NCBI GenBank assembly: GCA_026387835.1
Contig: JAPLKZ010000005.1
Span: 150,001-182,000, forward strand
Direction: 5' to 3'
DNA: 32,000 nucleotides
DNA from: Candidatus Saganbacteria bacterium
GTDB taxonomy: Bacteria; Margulisbacteria; WOR-1; JAKLHX01
Made by a program: the position numbers and the translations under genes. Below the pieces are notes generated by a model, which was not told the origin of the DNA, searched no databases, and worked only from the letters and a program-made list of their open reading frames with translations. Positions within the stretch are counted from its first letter, which is position 1; each line of letters starts with the position of its first letter. Shown in pieces: positions 8,654 through 18,150 of the stretch.

Positions 8654-9737
8654 TATCTTTAAAAGACTTAAGGAGAGCTTCCGAGGTTTTGTCCAGAGTG
8701 AACGATCTTGCCCTCTGTATTCCCAGCGCCCGTAATTTGAGCCTGAGGTTCTGGTTGTCCTTTGCGTCGCACATAGCTTTTACGAACGACTGCTTGTCCC
8801 CGTTCTTTATCAGGATGCAGGCGTCGCCGAGTATCTCGGAAAATGACGAGTTGTCATAGCAGATCACGGGCACGCCGCACGCGGCCGCCTGCTGGGCGCG
8901 CACGGGAAACGGTTCGAACAAAGAAGCGGAAATGAACGCCGCCGCGCCGTTGAATAAAAGGGTGAGCTCCTCGTCGTCCGTTCCTTCAATGAAGACGATC
9001 CTGTTCCTCAGCACGTTGTTCTCTTTCATTTGTTCCAGGCTCCCTACTCCCCGGCCCGCCAGGACAAGAGTGGCATTGCTTTTATGCATCAGCAGGCCGA
9101 TAAAGATCTCTATCAATTCCTTAATGTTGTTCTTATTGAAAAAATCTCCGCAGTAGAAATAATAGGGACTGCCGATATTGTGTTTATTCAAAATTTTTTG
9201 TATGCGCTCAGTGTCAAATACAGGCCTGAAGATATCTAAAACAGGGCGGGGCAGGATATCGATCCTAGCGGGGTCGATCTTCAGCGCTTTGGCTATCACT
9301 TTTTTGTTGAACGAGGAGAAAACAAATATCCTGTTGGCCTTTTTCGCGGCGGAGACCCTGAAAAAGTATTTGATCTTGTCATCAAGGCCGCAAAACTTTT
9401 CATCCCGGAATATTATAGGGCCAGGATCTTCAATAAGAACGGCTGTCTTGCAGGGCTGCCTCAGAGGCAGGTTCATCGCTGGGCAGAAAAGGATGTCTAT
9501 ATTGTTCCTGACGATCGCGAACGGCAGGGAGATCTGCTGGCGTATCCAGGACATCTGTCCCTCGGGCTTTTGGGGCAGGAACATCGGAGAGCAGGGAAGG
9601 GTTTCGATCCCCTGACGCCGTTTTTTGTTAAAGCTGAATATCAGGTTAGCGTTGCCGCTGTCCGTGCCGCAGTGATATTTTATAGTCTCTTCGAGGATGG
9701 GATCGACCGGTTCGAGGAGATTGTAGCCTATCCGCAT
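8619..9737 (-). CDS. GT-B glycosyltransferase (GT4-like, divergent)
   Basis: FEPFPVRAQQAAACGVPVICYDNSSFSEILGDACILIKNGD. Confidence 0.75.
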   Translation of the reverse strand: MRIGYNLLEPVDPILEETIKYHCGTDSGNANLIFSFNKKRRQGIETLPCSPMFLPQKPEGQMSWIRQQISLPFAIVRNNIDILFCPAMNLPLRQPCKTAVLIEDPGPIIFRDEKFCGLDDKIKYFFRVSAAKKANRIFVFSSFNKKVIAKALKIDPARIDILPRPVLDIFRPVFDTERIQKILNKHNIGSPYYFYCGDFFNKNNIKELIEIFIGLLMHKSNATLVLAGRGVGSLEQMKENNVLRNRIVFIEGTDDEELTLLFNGAAAFISASLFEPFPVRAQQAAACGVPVICYDNSSFSEILGDACILIKNGDKQSFVKAMCDAKDNQNLRLKLRALGIQRARSFTLDKTSEALLKSFKDIDREKYYPDAK

Positions 9738-10807
9738 TTTTTTATGATCCCTGCGATCTTGAGCGATGCTCCGGGGACTCCCATCCTTTCTTTCCCTGCC
9801 GAAGACATCTTTTTCAACATGCCCTTGTCGTTCAAAATGAGGCTGATATCGGCTGCCGCGGCTGCGGCATTTCTTTTGGTCACAAAAAGAGACCCGCTAA
9901 GAAGCTCTTTCTGTCTTTTTGCAAAAGCCGCGGTGTACTGGACCCCTCTTCCGGGAAAGGAAACGACCGGTTTTCCGATGCCGGCTGCCTGTTCATTGCC
10001 GGTTCCCGAAAGACCTATCACGATATCCGATCTGTTTATTATGTCGCCGAAAAGGTCCTTGTGGAGCCGCATGTTCTCAAGGCATTTATAGGCCGTTGTG
10101 TCCGAGCTCGGGGCTGCGGCGACGAGAAAAACAATATTTTTATTTTCTTTTGCGGCGGTCTTATTGAGTTCTTCGGAAACCCGGCAAATATCTTCCATGT
10201 TCAAGTTAGCATCATCACGCGTGCCGGGCAATATCCCGATCACCGAAGTCCCCTGGGGTATGCCGAAATCAAAATCTTTGGTCTCTATACAGTCCATCAT
10301 GGGATTTCCTACATATTCGGCTTTGACGCCTTGCTTCACAAGATCATCGGTCGTCTTTTTATCTCTAGGAAGCGACAGAGAGCAGTATTTTCTTAACAGG
10401 AACTTTTCCCAAGGGGTGTAGCTGTAGGAATAGTAGTCTGATTTCGCGCAGCCGACGAAGATGAACTTCGTCTTTGTAAGCAATGCCCCTATGATCGGGA
10501 CGATGTCGCCGACACTTACCACAAGGTCGAATTTGCCTTTCAGCCGCCTGAGATCTCCGATCTCTTTGATCACTGTCGAAAACAGACCTGAAGACAGGTC
10601 CTTGATGATGTTGCCTATGCTCTGGTAGATGAAACCTCCCGAAGGCATTCCGCGCCTCGGGCCGAGTATCTTCACACCGCTGTTTTCAAAAGCGCTGCCC
10701 GTGCCGACAATGGGATATACGCTGATGTCCTCGCCGGGAAGTTCTTTTATTATCCTTGTTGCTATCGTGTCCTCGCCGTGTCCGTTGGTGATGAATAATA
10801 TTTTCAT
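9728..10807 (-). CDS. Lipid-A-disaccharide-synthase-related protein (SNGHGED-type, LpxB-like GT-B)
   Basis: The N-terminus MKILFITNGHGEDTIATRIIKEL, then MPSGGFIYQS, VGDIVPI and CAKSDYYSY, match my memory of the LpxB-related family common in cyanobacteria-like lineages. This was not verified by search. Confidence 0.55.
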   Translation of the reverse strand: MKILFITNGHGEDTIATRIIKELPGEDISVYPIVGTGSAFENSGVKILGPRRGMPSGGFIYQSIGNIIKDLSSGLFSTVIKEIGDLRRLKGKFDLVVSVGDIVPIIGALLTKTKFIFVGCAKSDYYSYSYTPWEKFLLRKYCSLSLPRDKKTTDDLVKQGVKAEYVGNPMMDCIETKDFDFGIPQGTSVIGILPGTRDDANLNMEDICRVSEELNKTAAKENKNIVFLVAAAPSSDTTAYKCLENMRLHKDLFGDIINRSDIVIGLSGTGNEQAAGIGKPVVSFPGRGVQYTAAFAKRQKELLSGSLFVTKRNAAAAAADISLILNDKGMLKKMSSAGKERMGVPGASLKIAGIIKKCG

Positions 10808-12525
10808 GTGTCCCTGAACTGCAGATCATGCAATCTCTTGTAAAACCCGTCCTTTTCGATGAGCTTATGGTGCGTGCCTTCTTCGATGATCCTGCCGTCC
10901 TTCAGGACGATTATCCTGTCGGCGTCCTGGACCGTTGACAGCCTGTGGGCGATTATGAACGATGTCCTTCCTTTCATCAGTATCCTGAGCGATTCCTGGA
11001 TGAGCTTCTCTGATTCACTGTCCAGAGATGAGGTCGCTTCGTCAAGTATCAATATCCCGGGATCGCGCAGGACCGTTCTTGCTATAGCTATGCGCTGCCT
11101 TTCACCGCCGGAAAGGGTCATCCCTCTTTCTCCGACGACAGTGTCGTATTTATCCGGAAGTTCCATGATAAAACCGTGCGCGTTGGCGGTCTTTGCGGCT
11201 TCCCTGATCTGTTCATCCGTTGCCAGGATATTGCCGTACTTTATGTTCTCTTTTATTGTCCCGCTGAAGAGAAGCGTTTCCTGCGGCACGATCCCGATCT
11301 GCTTTCTTAAGCTCTGAAGTTTTACGTTCTTAATATCATGACCGTCTACAAGAACGGTCCCTTCAGTCGGATCGTAGAACCTCGGGATCAGGTTGATGAT
11401 GCTTGTCTTGCCGGAGCCGGAAGGCCCGACTATCGCAAGTTTCTCCCCGCTCTTTACTTTCAGATTTATATTGCTGAGCACCTCCTCATCTTTTTCATAC
11501 GCGAAAGAGATATTTTTGAACTCCACTTCACCTGACAGGCGCGCCATCTCGATCGCGCCCGGCACTTCCTTAATAGACGGCGTTATGTTGATAACCTCGA
11601 AAACTCTTTCGGCCGAGGCAAGCGTCCTCTGTATCGTCGTGTTTATTCTGGAAATATTTATGACAGGATCGATCAAAAGCACGGCTCCCGTGAAGAACGC
11701 GATCAGGTCGGCAGGGGAGAGCCTTCCGCTGACGACTTCGAGACAGCCGTACCAGATGACCAGGACGACCGCCAGTATCTGCAAAAAGCCGACAAGCGGC
11801 CTCTGCGTCGCGTCGACCTGAGCTTCTTTCATGAACCAGTCGAAACTGTGCTCTGTCACTGTCTTGAAACGTTCAACTTCATGTTTTTCCATGCCGAAGG
11901 ATTTTACGACCCTGGCGCCGACAATTGTTTCCTGAAGGATGGACGCGATATCAGCTATCTTTTTCTGGACATTACGTCCGATCTCTCTCATCTGCTCCCC
12001 GAACTTTGAGATGGTGAAGATAAAAACGGGAGTGGTCAGAAGGGCCATCAGGGTCAGTCTCCAGTTGAGATAAAAAAGATACCCCAAAACGCCGAACAAA
12101 GTAAGGACCTGGGGAAATATTTCGGCGGCGATCGTCACGATAGCGATCTGTATGGTCGCTATGTCATTGATGATGCGGCTCATCACTTCGCCGGTCTTCC
12201 ACTTAGAATAGAAACTGAGCGGCAGGTCCTGGATATGGGTAAATACCTCGACCCTTAGGTCTGTGACCACCCTCTGGCTAACGAACTGCGCGAAATAGAT
12301 CTGTCCGTACTGGAATATCCCTTTTACAAAGAACACCAGCACCGTGGCGCCGATGAGCGCGTTAAGGAAATAAAAGTTCTTTTCCGCGACGGCTTTTGAG
12401 ATCTGGCTGACCAAAGGGATGATGATGATATTGGACAGGGAGAACACGAACATGCATATGACCGCCAAAGCAAGCTGTCCGGTGTAGGGCTTGATATATT
12501 TAAGAAGGCGGGAAAACAATCTCAT
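10804..12525 (-). CDS. msbA: ABC exporter, fused permease/ATPase, MsbA-like (lipid/LPS-precursor flippase type)
   Basis: Six-TM N-terminal half, Walker A GPSGSGKTS, signature LSGGERQRIAIAR, Walker B ILILDEATS. It is flanked by LpxB-like genes. Confidence 0.85.
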   Translation of the reverse strand: MRLFSRLLKYIKPYTGQLALAVICMFVFSLSNIIIIPLVSQISKAVAEKNFYFLNALIGATVLVFFVKGIFQYGQIYFAQFVSQRVVTDLRVEVFTHIQDLPLSFYSKWKTGEVMSRIINDIATIQIAIVTIAAEIFPQVLTLFGVLGYLFYLNWRLTLMALLTTPVFIFTISKFGEQMREIGRNVQKKIADIASILQETIVGARVVKSFGMEKHEVERFKTVTEHSFDWFMKEAQVDATQRPLVGFLQILAVVLVIWYGCLEVVSGRLSPADLIAFFTGAVLLIDPVINISRINTTIQRTLASAERVFEVINITPSIKEVPGAIEMARLSGEVEFKNISFAYEKDEEVLSNINLKVKSGEKLAIVGPSGSGKTSIINLIPRFYDPTEGTVLVDGHDIKNVKLQSLRKQIGIVPQETLLFSGTIKENIKYGNILATDEQIREAAKTANAHGFIMELPDKYDTVVGERGMTLSGGERQRIAIARTVLRDPGILILDEATSSLDSESEKLIQESLRILMKGRTSFIIAHRLSTVQDADRIIVLKDGRIIEEGTHHKLIEKDGFYKRLHDLQFRDT

Positions 12526-12532
12526 AAGCTCT

Positions 12533-12541
12533 ATTATATCA
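12533..12541 (-). promoter_or_regulatory. Extended -10 box TGaTATAAT, 7 nt before the msbA-like ATG at 12525
   Basis: The minus strand reads caaTGATATAATagagcttATG. There is no Shine-Dalgarno sequence, and the geometry fits a leaderless transcript. Confidence 0.6.
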
Positions 12542-12547
12542 TTGCTA

Positions 12548-13792
12548 TTACATAAGGATATGCGACAACTCTTCAGCGATCTTTCCGGCGGCTCCGGCCG
12601 GCCCCATGACGGCTTTTAATTCTTTTTCCATTGCTTCAAGCGCTTCTTTGTCCCGAAGCATCAGGCAGGCTTTTTCCGCTATCTCTTCAGCCGTCAGGAC
12701 CCCTCTGAGTTCCGGGACGATCATCTTTCCCGCTTTTCTGTTGGGAAGCGCCGCGAACTTGACAGTCTTGTTCAGGATGTGTATCGCGGCCTGTTTGATC
12801 AGTTTTCCGAGTAACGGAACGCTCCCGATCATCCCGAGCAATCCCTCGAATAAAAGCACTTCCGGCTTGTTGAACGGTATCGCTACCAGCATCGGTTTCC
12901 CCAAAGCAGCCGCTTCCGCGGTGTTCGTGCCTGGTATTGTGACAATAAGGTCGGCTATGTTCATCGCGTCAAAAGGCGCCTTTTCTATAAGAAGGATTTT
13001 TATCCCGTCCCCGGCCGCAAGATATTTCCTGTTGTCCTCGATCACAAGATCCCCGAAAAGTCCGTACTTTTTTGCCGCTTTGTCGGCTTTTTCTTTTGCG
13101 ACAGCCTCCGCGACCTTCAGGGCGTTCGTGAAAGGGGACAGCCCGAATATGAACTGGGCATCGGGCATCTTTGACCTGAGTTCTTTCGCGGTTTTCAGGA
13201 ACAGAGGCGCGAGGAATTTGATATGAGCTGTCCTGCTGCCCGGCAGAAATGTGATTATAGGCTTGCCAGTATCAAGTCCGAAATCTTCCGGTCTTTGCGA
13301 GGCCAAAACACTGTCGACCATAAGGTCCCCGGTGACTTTCACTTTATGTTTCGGGATGCCTTTTCTTAAGGCTTTTTTAGCCATGGCTTCATCAGGCACG
13401 AAGAAAGCGAGGAAATTCTTTTTCCATCCCACGTGGTCCATCGTGTAGGCGGCCGCTTTATACCCGAGCCTTTTAGAAAGCATAACGGCATGGAGCAGGT
13501 CTCCGCCCAGGAAAAGGACGATGCCTTTCTTTGAAAAAACTATCCCCCTTGGCGGCTTGTTCTTGAATATCCAGGCGTTGAACTCTTCGGGAAAGATTAT
13601 TTCGTAAAGTTCCTTGAACGACCTGGCTACCTCTATCTCCCGTCCGCTGGCGAACTGGCAGGGTGTGATCACAAGTATCAGCCTGGCGTCCGGCATCTTT
13701 TCCGCTATGGCTTTCACGGCCGGCCGCACGAAGGAATAAAGTTCCCCCGGGCTGTTTGAAGTGATGATTATATCGGTCTTTTCGCTTGTCAT
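12548..13792 (-). CDS. LpxB-like GT-B glycosyltransferase (SNSPGE-type lipid-A-disaccharide synthase homolog)
   Basis: The N-terminus DIIITSNSPGELYSFVRPAVKAI and the C-terminal segment IVTIPGTNTAEAAALGKPMLV (GT-B donor-site-like). The family assignment is from memory only. Confidence 0.5.
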   Translation of the reverse strand: MTSEKTDIIITSNSPGELYSFVRPAVKAIAEKMPDARLILVITPCQFASGREIEVARSFKELYEIIFPEEFNAWIFKNKPPRGIVFSKKGIVLFLGGDLLHAVMLSKRLGYKAAAYTMDHVGWKKNFLAFFVPDEAMAKKALRKGIPKHKVKVTGDLMVDSVLASQRPEDFGLDTGKPIITFLPGSRTAHIKFLAPLFLKTAKELRSKMPDAQFIFGLSPFTNALKVAEAVAKEKADKAAKKYGLFGDLVIEDNRKYLAAGDGIKILLIEKAPFDAMNIADLIVTIPGTNTAEAAALGKPMLVAIPFNKPEVLLFEGLLGMIGSVPLLGKLIKQAAIHILNKTVKFAALPNRKAGKMIVPELRGVLTAEEIAEKACLMLRDKEALEAMEKELKAVMGPAGAAGKIAEELSHILM

Positions 13793-13802
13793 TTTGTGAA
13801 CT

Positions 13803-14846
13803 TCAGTAACCGAGGTGTTTGACTATTTCTTCGATCTTTGACGGGACTTCGATAACTTTTGTTCCGGACCTGACGGCGGTATCCGGATCTTTCAGCCCGT
13901 GCCCGGTCAGGACGCAGACGACTGTCGAGCCTTTCGGGATCTCGCCCCCGTATTTCAGGAGCCCGGCGATAGAAGCGGCGGAGGCAGGCTCGCAGAAAAC
14001 TCCCTCATTTGAGGCGACATATTTATACGCGCTGATTATTTCGTCATCGGTAACAGCCCGGATCGATCCGTTAGATTCTTCTGCTGCCGCGACAGCACTT
14101 TTCCAGCTCGCGGGATTCCCGATCCTTATCGCGGTCGCGATCGTCTCAGGCTTTTCGATCGGATGGCCCTTGACTATCGGAGCTGACCCTTCCGCCTGAA
14201 AGCCGAGCATCTTTGGAAGTTTTGCGGACTTCTTATTGTCATAATACTGCCTGAAACCTTTCCAGTACGCTGTGATGTTTCCCGCGTTCCCGACAGGGAT
14301 GCAAAGATGATCAGGAGCATCTCCCATTAGATCCACTATTTCGAACGCCGCGGTCTTTTGGCCTTCGATCCTGAAAGGATTTATCGAATTGACGAGCTCG
14401 ATGGGATATTTTTCGCAGAGCTCTTTGATGATCTCCAGTGCCTTGTCGAAATTCCCGTCTATCGCGAATACTTTGGCGCCGTGCATTATCGCCTGAGCGA
14501 GTTTTCCGAGGGCTATCTTGCCTCCGGGTATCACGACCACGCAATCCATTCCCGCTCTTGCCGAATAGGCGGCTGCTGACGCTGAAGTGTTCCCCGTAGA
14601 AGCGCAGGCGACTGCCTTGAAACCTTTTTCTTTTGCCTTGCTGATAGCCATCGTCATCCCGCGGTCCTTGAAAGATCCCGTTGGATTAGCGCCTTCATAT
14701 TTAAGGAATACTTTAAGCCCCAGTTTCTTGCTGAGGTTCTCTGCGGGCAGCAGGGGAGTGTTGCCTTCAAAAAATGTGATGACCGGAGTTTTGCCGGTCA
14801 CCGGCAGATATTGCCTGTAACGGTCGATGAGGCCTTTGTATTTCAT
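13803..14846 (-). CDS. thrC: Threonine synthase
   Basis: PLP-lysine motif [18 protein letters not shown], and [11 protein letters not shown] place the start at Met19 of the ORF ([13 protein letters not shown] at 14846). Confidence 0.92.
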   Translation of the reverse strand: MKYKGLIDRYRQYLPVTGKTPVITFFEGNTPLLPAENLSKKLGLKVFLKYEGANPTGSFKDRGMTMAISKAKEKGFKAVACASTGNTSASAAAYSARAGMDCVVVIPGGKIALGKLAQAIMHGAKVFAIDGNFDKALEIIKELCEKYPIELVNSINPFRIEGQKTAAFEIVDLMGDAPDHLCIPVGNAGNITAYWKGFRQYYDNKKSAKLPKMLGFQAEGSAPIVKGHPIEKPETIATAIRIGNPASWKSAVAAAEESNGSIRAVTDDEIISAYKYVASNEGVFCEPASAASIAGLLKYGGEIPKGSTVVCVLTGHGLKDPDTAVRSGTKVIEVPSKIEEIVKHLGY

Positions 14847-14852
14847 GAAAAA

Positions 14853-14861
14853 ATAATAGCA
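14853..14861 (-). promoter_or_regulatory. Extended -10 box TGcTATTAT, 6 nt before the thrC ATG
   Basis: The minus strand reads TGCTATTATtttttcATG. There is no Shine-Dalgarno sequence. Confidence 0.5.
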
Positions 14862-14862
14862 T

Positions 14863-15794
14863 TTACGGGGTAGCTTGGCAAGGAATGACGGACTTTTCAA
14901 AGATTTTCAGGTCCGGACAGCTGCTTTCAAGTTCTATCTGTTTGGGGGTTATGAAGAAAGATCCGACGCCCTTATTTCCGCTGAGGTTGAGAAAGAAATA
15001 TTTATCATCAACATTGAATACCCGTACAAGGGGATCATGGCCCATCACTATCCTTTCGACGCCCATCCTTTTAAGGTCGCCGGGGTCATAACTGAAACTG
15101 CCCCCGGGTTCTATGTTCCGGCTATAAAGAAATCCTTCTTTGCCGAGCATCCGCCAGAAGATATTTGCGCAGCCGGTGGTATCCGAGGCAAGTGCAGTTC
15201 TGAGCTCGGATTCCAGTTCTTTGAGTACCTGGATGCCTGATGCGGTCCCGTTCCTGACCTTCTCGGACGCGAGCAGATATTTGAGGCCGGAATGCATATA
15301 AAGCGTACCGAGATCGTCGATATAATACAGGCGCATATTATCGGCCATCCATTTTGCGGTCTCGATCAACTTCCTGTTGCTTAAAATGTTGTTCAAAACA
15401 GTTTGGAAAAGACTTTTGCACAGAGCCGGGCGATTTCTTGTCCATGGCCTGAGGATATAATCCCCTTCTGACACTTCAGAGAACAATGCCAAAAAAATAT
15501 CGGCCCTTATCACGTCCGCGCGTTTTGACAGGGAAAATTCATCGGCCAGGCTTGTCCCGCCGTTAGTGAGCCAGTTAAGCGCCCATTCCATATTACCCCT
15601 CATCGCCAGAGTGAACATGATCTGTCTATCAGGTCTCCCAAAGGAACGGTTCGTGCCGCTCTTAATGAAAAATATACGGCCCTGTCACACCAATGGTCTA
15701 AGCCGTGCGCGTCGCCGAGAGCGGCAGTCCCGATGCGGCGCAATATAACAGCAGGTGCCTGCTGTCTTACTATTTTATGTTGGATAGGATCCAT
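14863..15794 (-). pseudogene. PPP-family (lambda-phosphatase/PrpA/ApaH-like) metallophosphoesterase, split across two frames with an internal deletion
   Basis: ORF 15600..15797 carries motif I (LGDAHG) and motif II (GDLIDR), then stops. ORF 14863..15618, in a different frame, continues with MRGNMEWALNWLTNGG (GNHE with His replaced by Met) and VMGHDP. The DR-to-RGN spacer is about 7 aa, against about 18 aa in lambda PP and PrpA. The ATG at 15794 is preceded by the RBS GGGAGGG. Confidence 0.65.
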
Positions 15795-15811
15795 CAAGCC
15801 CTCCCTATAAC

Positions 15812-15842
15812 TATTTATCGATAAAATTTGGGAGATATTTCA
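15812..15842 (-). promoter_or_regulatory. Alternative-sigma-type promoter, copy F: TGAAAT-N16-CGATAAATA, upstream of the split phosphatase gene
   Basis: The minus strand reads aTGAAATatctcccaaattttatCGATAAATAgttatagGGAGGGcttgATG. Confidence 0.65.
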
Positions 15843-15881
15843 TTGATTTTACTGAATATACGGTTATCTAAAAAAATTAAA

Positions 15882-15890
15882 TGGTATAAT
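15882..15890 (+). promoter_or_regulatory. Extended -10 box TGgTATAAT, 9 nt before the purN ATG
   Basis: Sequence aaaTGGTATAATttcaatgtaATG. There is no Shine-Dalgarno sequence. Confidence 0.6.
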
Positions 15891-15899
15891 TTCAATGTA

Positions 15900-16508
15900 A
15901 TGGGAAAGATAAACATTGTCGTGCTCATTTCCGGCAGGGGTTCGAACCTACAGGCAATAATAAATGGCATCGAGACCGGCAAAGTAGATGCCAGGATCTC
16001 ATGCGTCATATCAAATAAACCCGATGCTTTCGGTCTGGAAAGGGCTAAACAGCACAATATACCCTCTGCGGTCGTGAATAGTAAGGAATTCAAAGATAAG
16101 GGGGGTTACGAAAAAGAACTTTTAAGGGTCATAGATGATTACAAGCCAGACCTTATCTGTCTTGCGGGGTATATGCGGATAGTAGGCGCGGACATTATTA
16201 AAAAGTATAAAGGAAAGATAATGAACATCCATCCGGCCCTTCTGCCTTCGTTCCCGGGACTTCACGGCCAGAAACAGGCGATCGACTACGGGGCCAAGGT
16301 CTCAGGCTGCAGTGTCCACTTCGTCGATGAGGGATGCGATACCGGCCCGATAATACTCCAGGCCGCTGTTCCCGTGACGGATGATGATACCGAAGAGACT
16401 CTTTCGGAGCGTATCTTAGCCGAAGAGCACAAAGCGTATCCGAAAGCGATACAGTTGTTCGCAAAGAGAAAATTAAAGATAGAAGGGAGAAAAGTCAGGA
16501 TACAATGA
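15900..16508 (+). CDS. purN: Phosphoribosylglycinamide formyltransferase
   Basis: MGKINIVVLISGRGSNLQAII, and NIHPALLPSFPG. I place the start at Met25 of the ORF. Its stop overlaps the purH start (ATGA). Confidence 0.92.
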   Translation: MGKINIVVLISGRGSNLQAIINGIETGKVDARISCVISNKPDAFGLERAKQHNIPSAVVNSKEFKDKGGYEKELLRVIDDYKPDLICLAGYMRIVGADIIKKYKGKIMNIHPALLPSFPGLHGQKQAIDYGAKVSGCSVHFVDEGCDTGPIILQAAVPVTDDDTEETLSERILAEEHKAYPKAIQLFAKRKLKIEGRKVRIQ

Positions 16509-18049
16509 AACAGCAAAGATATGCGGTAATAAGCGTTTTTGAAAAAAGAGGGATCAAGCAGTTCGCAAAAGGATTGGTCAGGCACGGTTTTAAGATCATC
16601 GCCAGCGGCGGTACGGCAAAAGAATTAAAAAAAGCCGGAATAAAGGTTGTCGAGGTGTCAAAGATAACAAAGTTCCCCGAGATGCTTGACGGCCGGGTCA
16701 AGACGCTTCATCCCAAGATCCACGGGGGCCTTCTTTTCAGGCGTGATATCCCGGAGCACGTGAAGACGGCGAAAAAATACGGGATCCCGCAGATAGATAT
16801 CGTTGTAATAAATCTTTATCCTTTTGAAAAGGTCATCTCAAAAAAGAACTTCACTCATGAAGAAGCGATCGAGAATATCGATATCGGCGGGCCCGCGATG
16901 GTGAGAGCGGCTTCGAAAAATTATGAACACGTCGCGGTAGTTACCGATCCCGACATGTACAGCGATATCCTCAGGGAGCTGAAAGAGAACAAGGGGCAGA
17001 TCAGCTCGCAGACAAAAGAAAGGCTGTTGAGGGCCGCGTTCGCGCTCACGTCAAGGTACGATGCGGCGATACTTTCGTATCTCAACCCCGCGAAAGACAC
17101 GGAACTTTTCCCGAAAAAACTTTCCATACATCTTGAAAAGATACAGGACCTGCGGTACGGCGAGAATCCCCACCAGGCGGCGGCGTTCTACAGGCAGGAG
17201 GGCGGAGGGATAACGGACGCGGTCCAGCTCCACGGCAAAGAGCTTTCATATAATAATATCCTGGACATCGAAGCCGCTTATTCAATTGCATCATATTTTG
17301 TCAATCCGACTATTGCAATAGTAAAACATAATAATCCATGCGGGGTCGCGACTTCATCTTCCGTGTGCGATGCTTATCTTAAAGCCTATAAATGCGATAA
17401 AATATCGGCTTATGGCGGAATAGTGGCTTCGAACAGGCCGATAGACGAAAAAACGTCAAAAGAGATCTCAAAACTCTTTGTCGAGGTAGTCATAGCGCCC
17501 GATTATTCCGGAGGGGCTGTCGATATTTTAAAAGAAAAAAAGAACCTCAGGATATTAAAATGTCCCGTGCTTTCTTCCGCGAAAAGAAGGGGTTCCGCGG
17601 ATTACAAGAGGGTCTCCGGAGGCGTGCTTGTGCAGGAGACTGACCTCGCGGAACTCACGATGTCGGATATCAGCGTTGTCACAAAAAGGCAGCCGTCGCT
17701 CAACGAGATGGAAGACCTGTTCTTTGCGTGGGGCGTCTGCAAGTTCGTAAAATCGAACGCGATAGTTGTCGTGAAGAACGGCGCGACGATCGGGATCGGC
17801 GCGGGCCAGATGAACAGGGTAGGCTCGGCGGCGATAGCTCTTAAACAGGCCGGTACAGCCGCGAAGAAAGCGGTCCTGGCGTCAGACGGGTTCTTCCCGT
17901 TCGCTGATTCGATCGAAGCCGGCCACAAGAGCGGTATTTCCGCGGTGATCCAGCCGGGCGGTTCGGTCAGGGACGAAGAAGTTATAAAGGCCGCGGATAA
18001 ATATAAGATCACGATGATGTTCACGGGAAGAAGGCATTTCAGGCACTGA
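16505..18049 (+). CDS. purH: Bifunctional AICAR transformylase / IMP cyclohydrolase
   Basis: AVISVFEKRGI, GRVKTLHPKIHGG, LRYGENPHQ, and ASDGFFPFADS. It is 514 aa. Confidence 0.95.
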   Translation: MKQQRYAVISVFEKRGIKQFAKGLVRHGFKIIASGGTAKELKKAGIKVVEVSKITKFPEMLDGRVKTLHPKIHGGLLFRRDIPEHVKTAKKYGIPQIDIVVINLYPFEKVISKKNFTHEEAIENIDIGGPAMVRAASKNYEHVAVVTDPDMYSDILRELKENKGQISSQTKERLLRAAFALTSRYDAAILSYLNPAKDTELFPKKLSIHLEKIQDLRYGENPHQAAAFYRQEGGGITDAVQLHGKELSYNNILDIEAAYSIASYFVNPTIAIVKHNNPCGVATSSSVCDAYLKAYKCDKISAYGGIVASNRPIDEKTSKEISKLFVEVVIAPDYSGGAVDILKEKKNLRILKCPVLSSAKRRGSADYKRVSGGVLVQETDLAELTMSDISVVTKRQPSLNEMEDLFFAWGVCKFVKSNAIVVVKNGATIGIGAGQMNRVGSAAIALKQAGTAAKKAVLASDGFFPFADSIEAGHKSGISAVIQPGGSVRDEEVIKAADKYKITMMFTGRRHFRH

Positions 18050-18050
18050 G

Positions 18051-18131
18051 CCTCACCCCCGGCTCGCAAGCTCGCCGACCCCTCTCCACGAAGTGGAGAG
18101 GGGTGCTGAGCGTTAGCGAAGCGGGGTGAGG
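18051..18131. repeat. GC-rich nested palindromic element (REP-like; possible purH terminator)
   Basis: The outer arms are CCTCACCCC (18051-18059) and GGGGTGAGG (18123-18131). The inner hairpin is aCCCCTCTCCAC-gaa-GTGGAGAGGGGt (18078-18104, 12-bp stem). No T-run follows. Confidence 0.5.
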
Positions 18132-18150
18132 ATTAAAAAGGAGACAGACG

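Noticed and set aside
12606-13226. 206-aa plus-strand ORF inside the LpxB-like gene
   Set aside because: It is an antisense shadow ORF, Ser/Ala/Phe-rich, and is overlapped completely by a 414-aa ORF with GT-B features.
15600-15797. 65-aa ORF as an independent small protein
   Set aside because: It contains metallophosphoesterase motifs I and II only. It is continued in another frame by the rest of the same fold, so I treat it as the 5' fragment of a disrupted gene.
17602-18069. 155-aa minus-strand ORF
   Set aside because: It is antisense to the conserved 3' part of purH.
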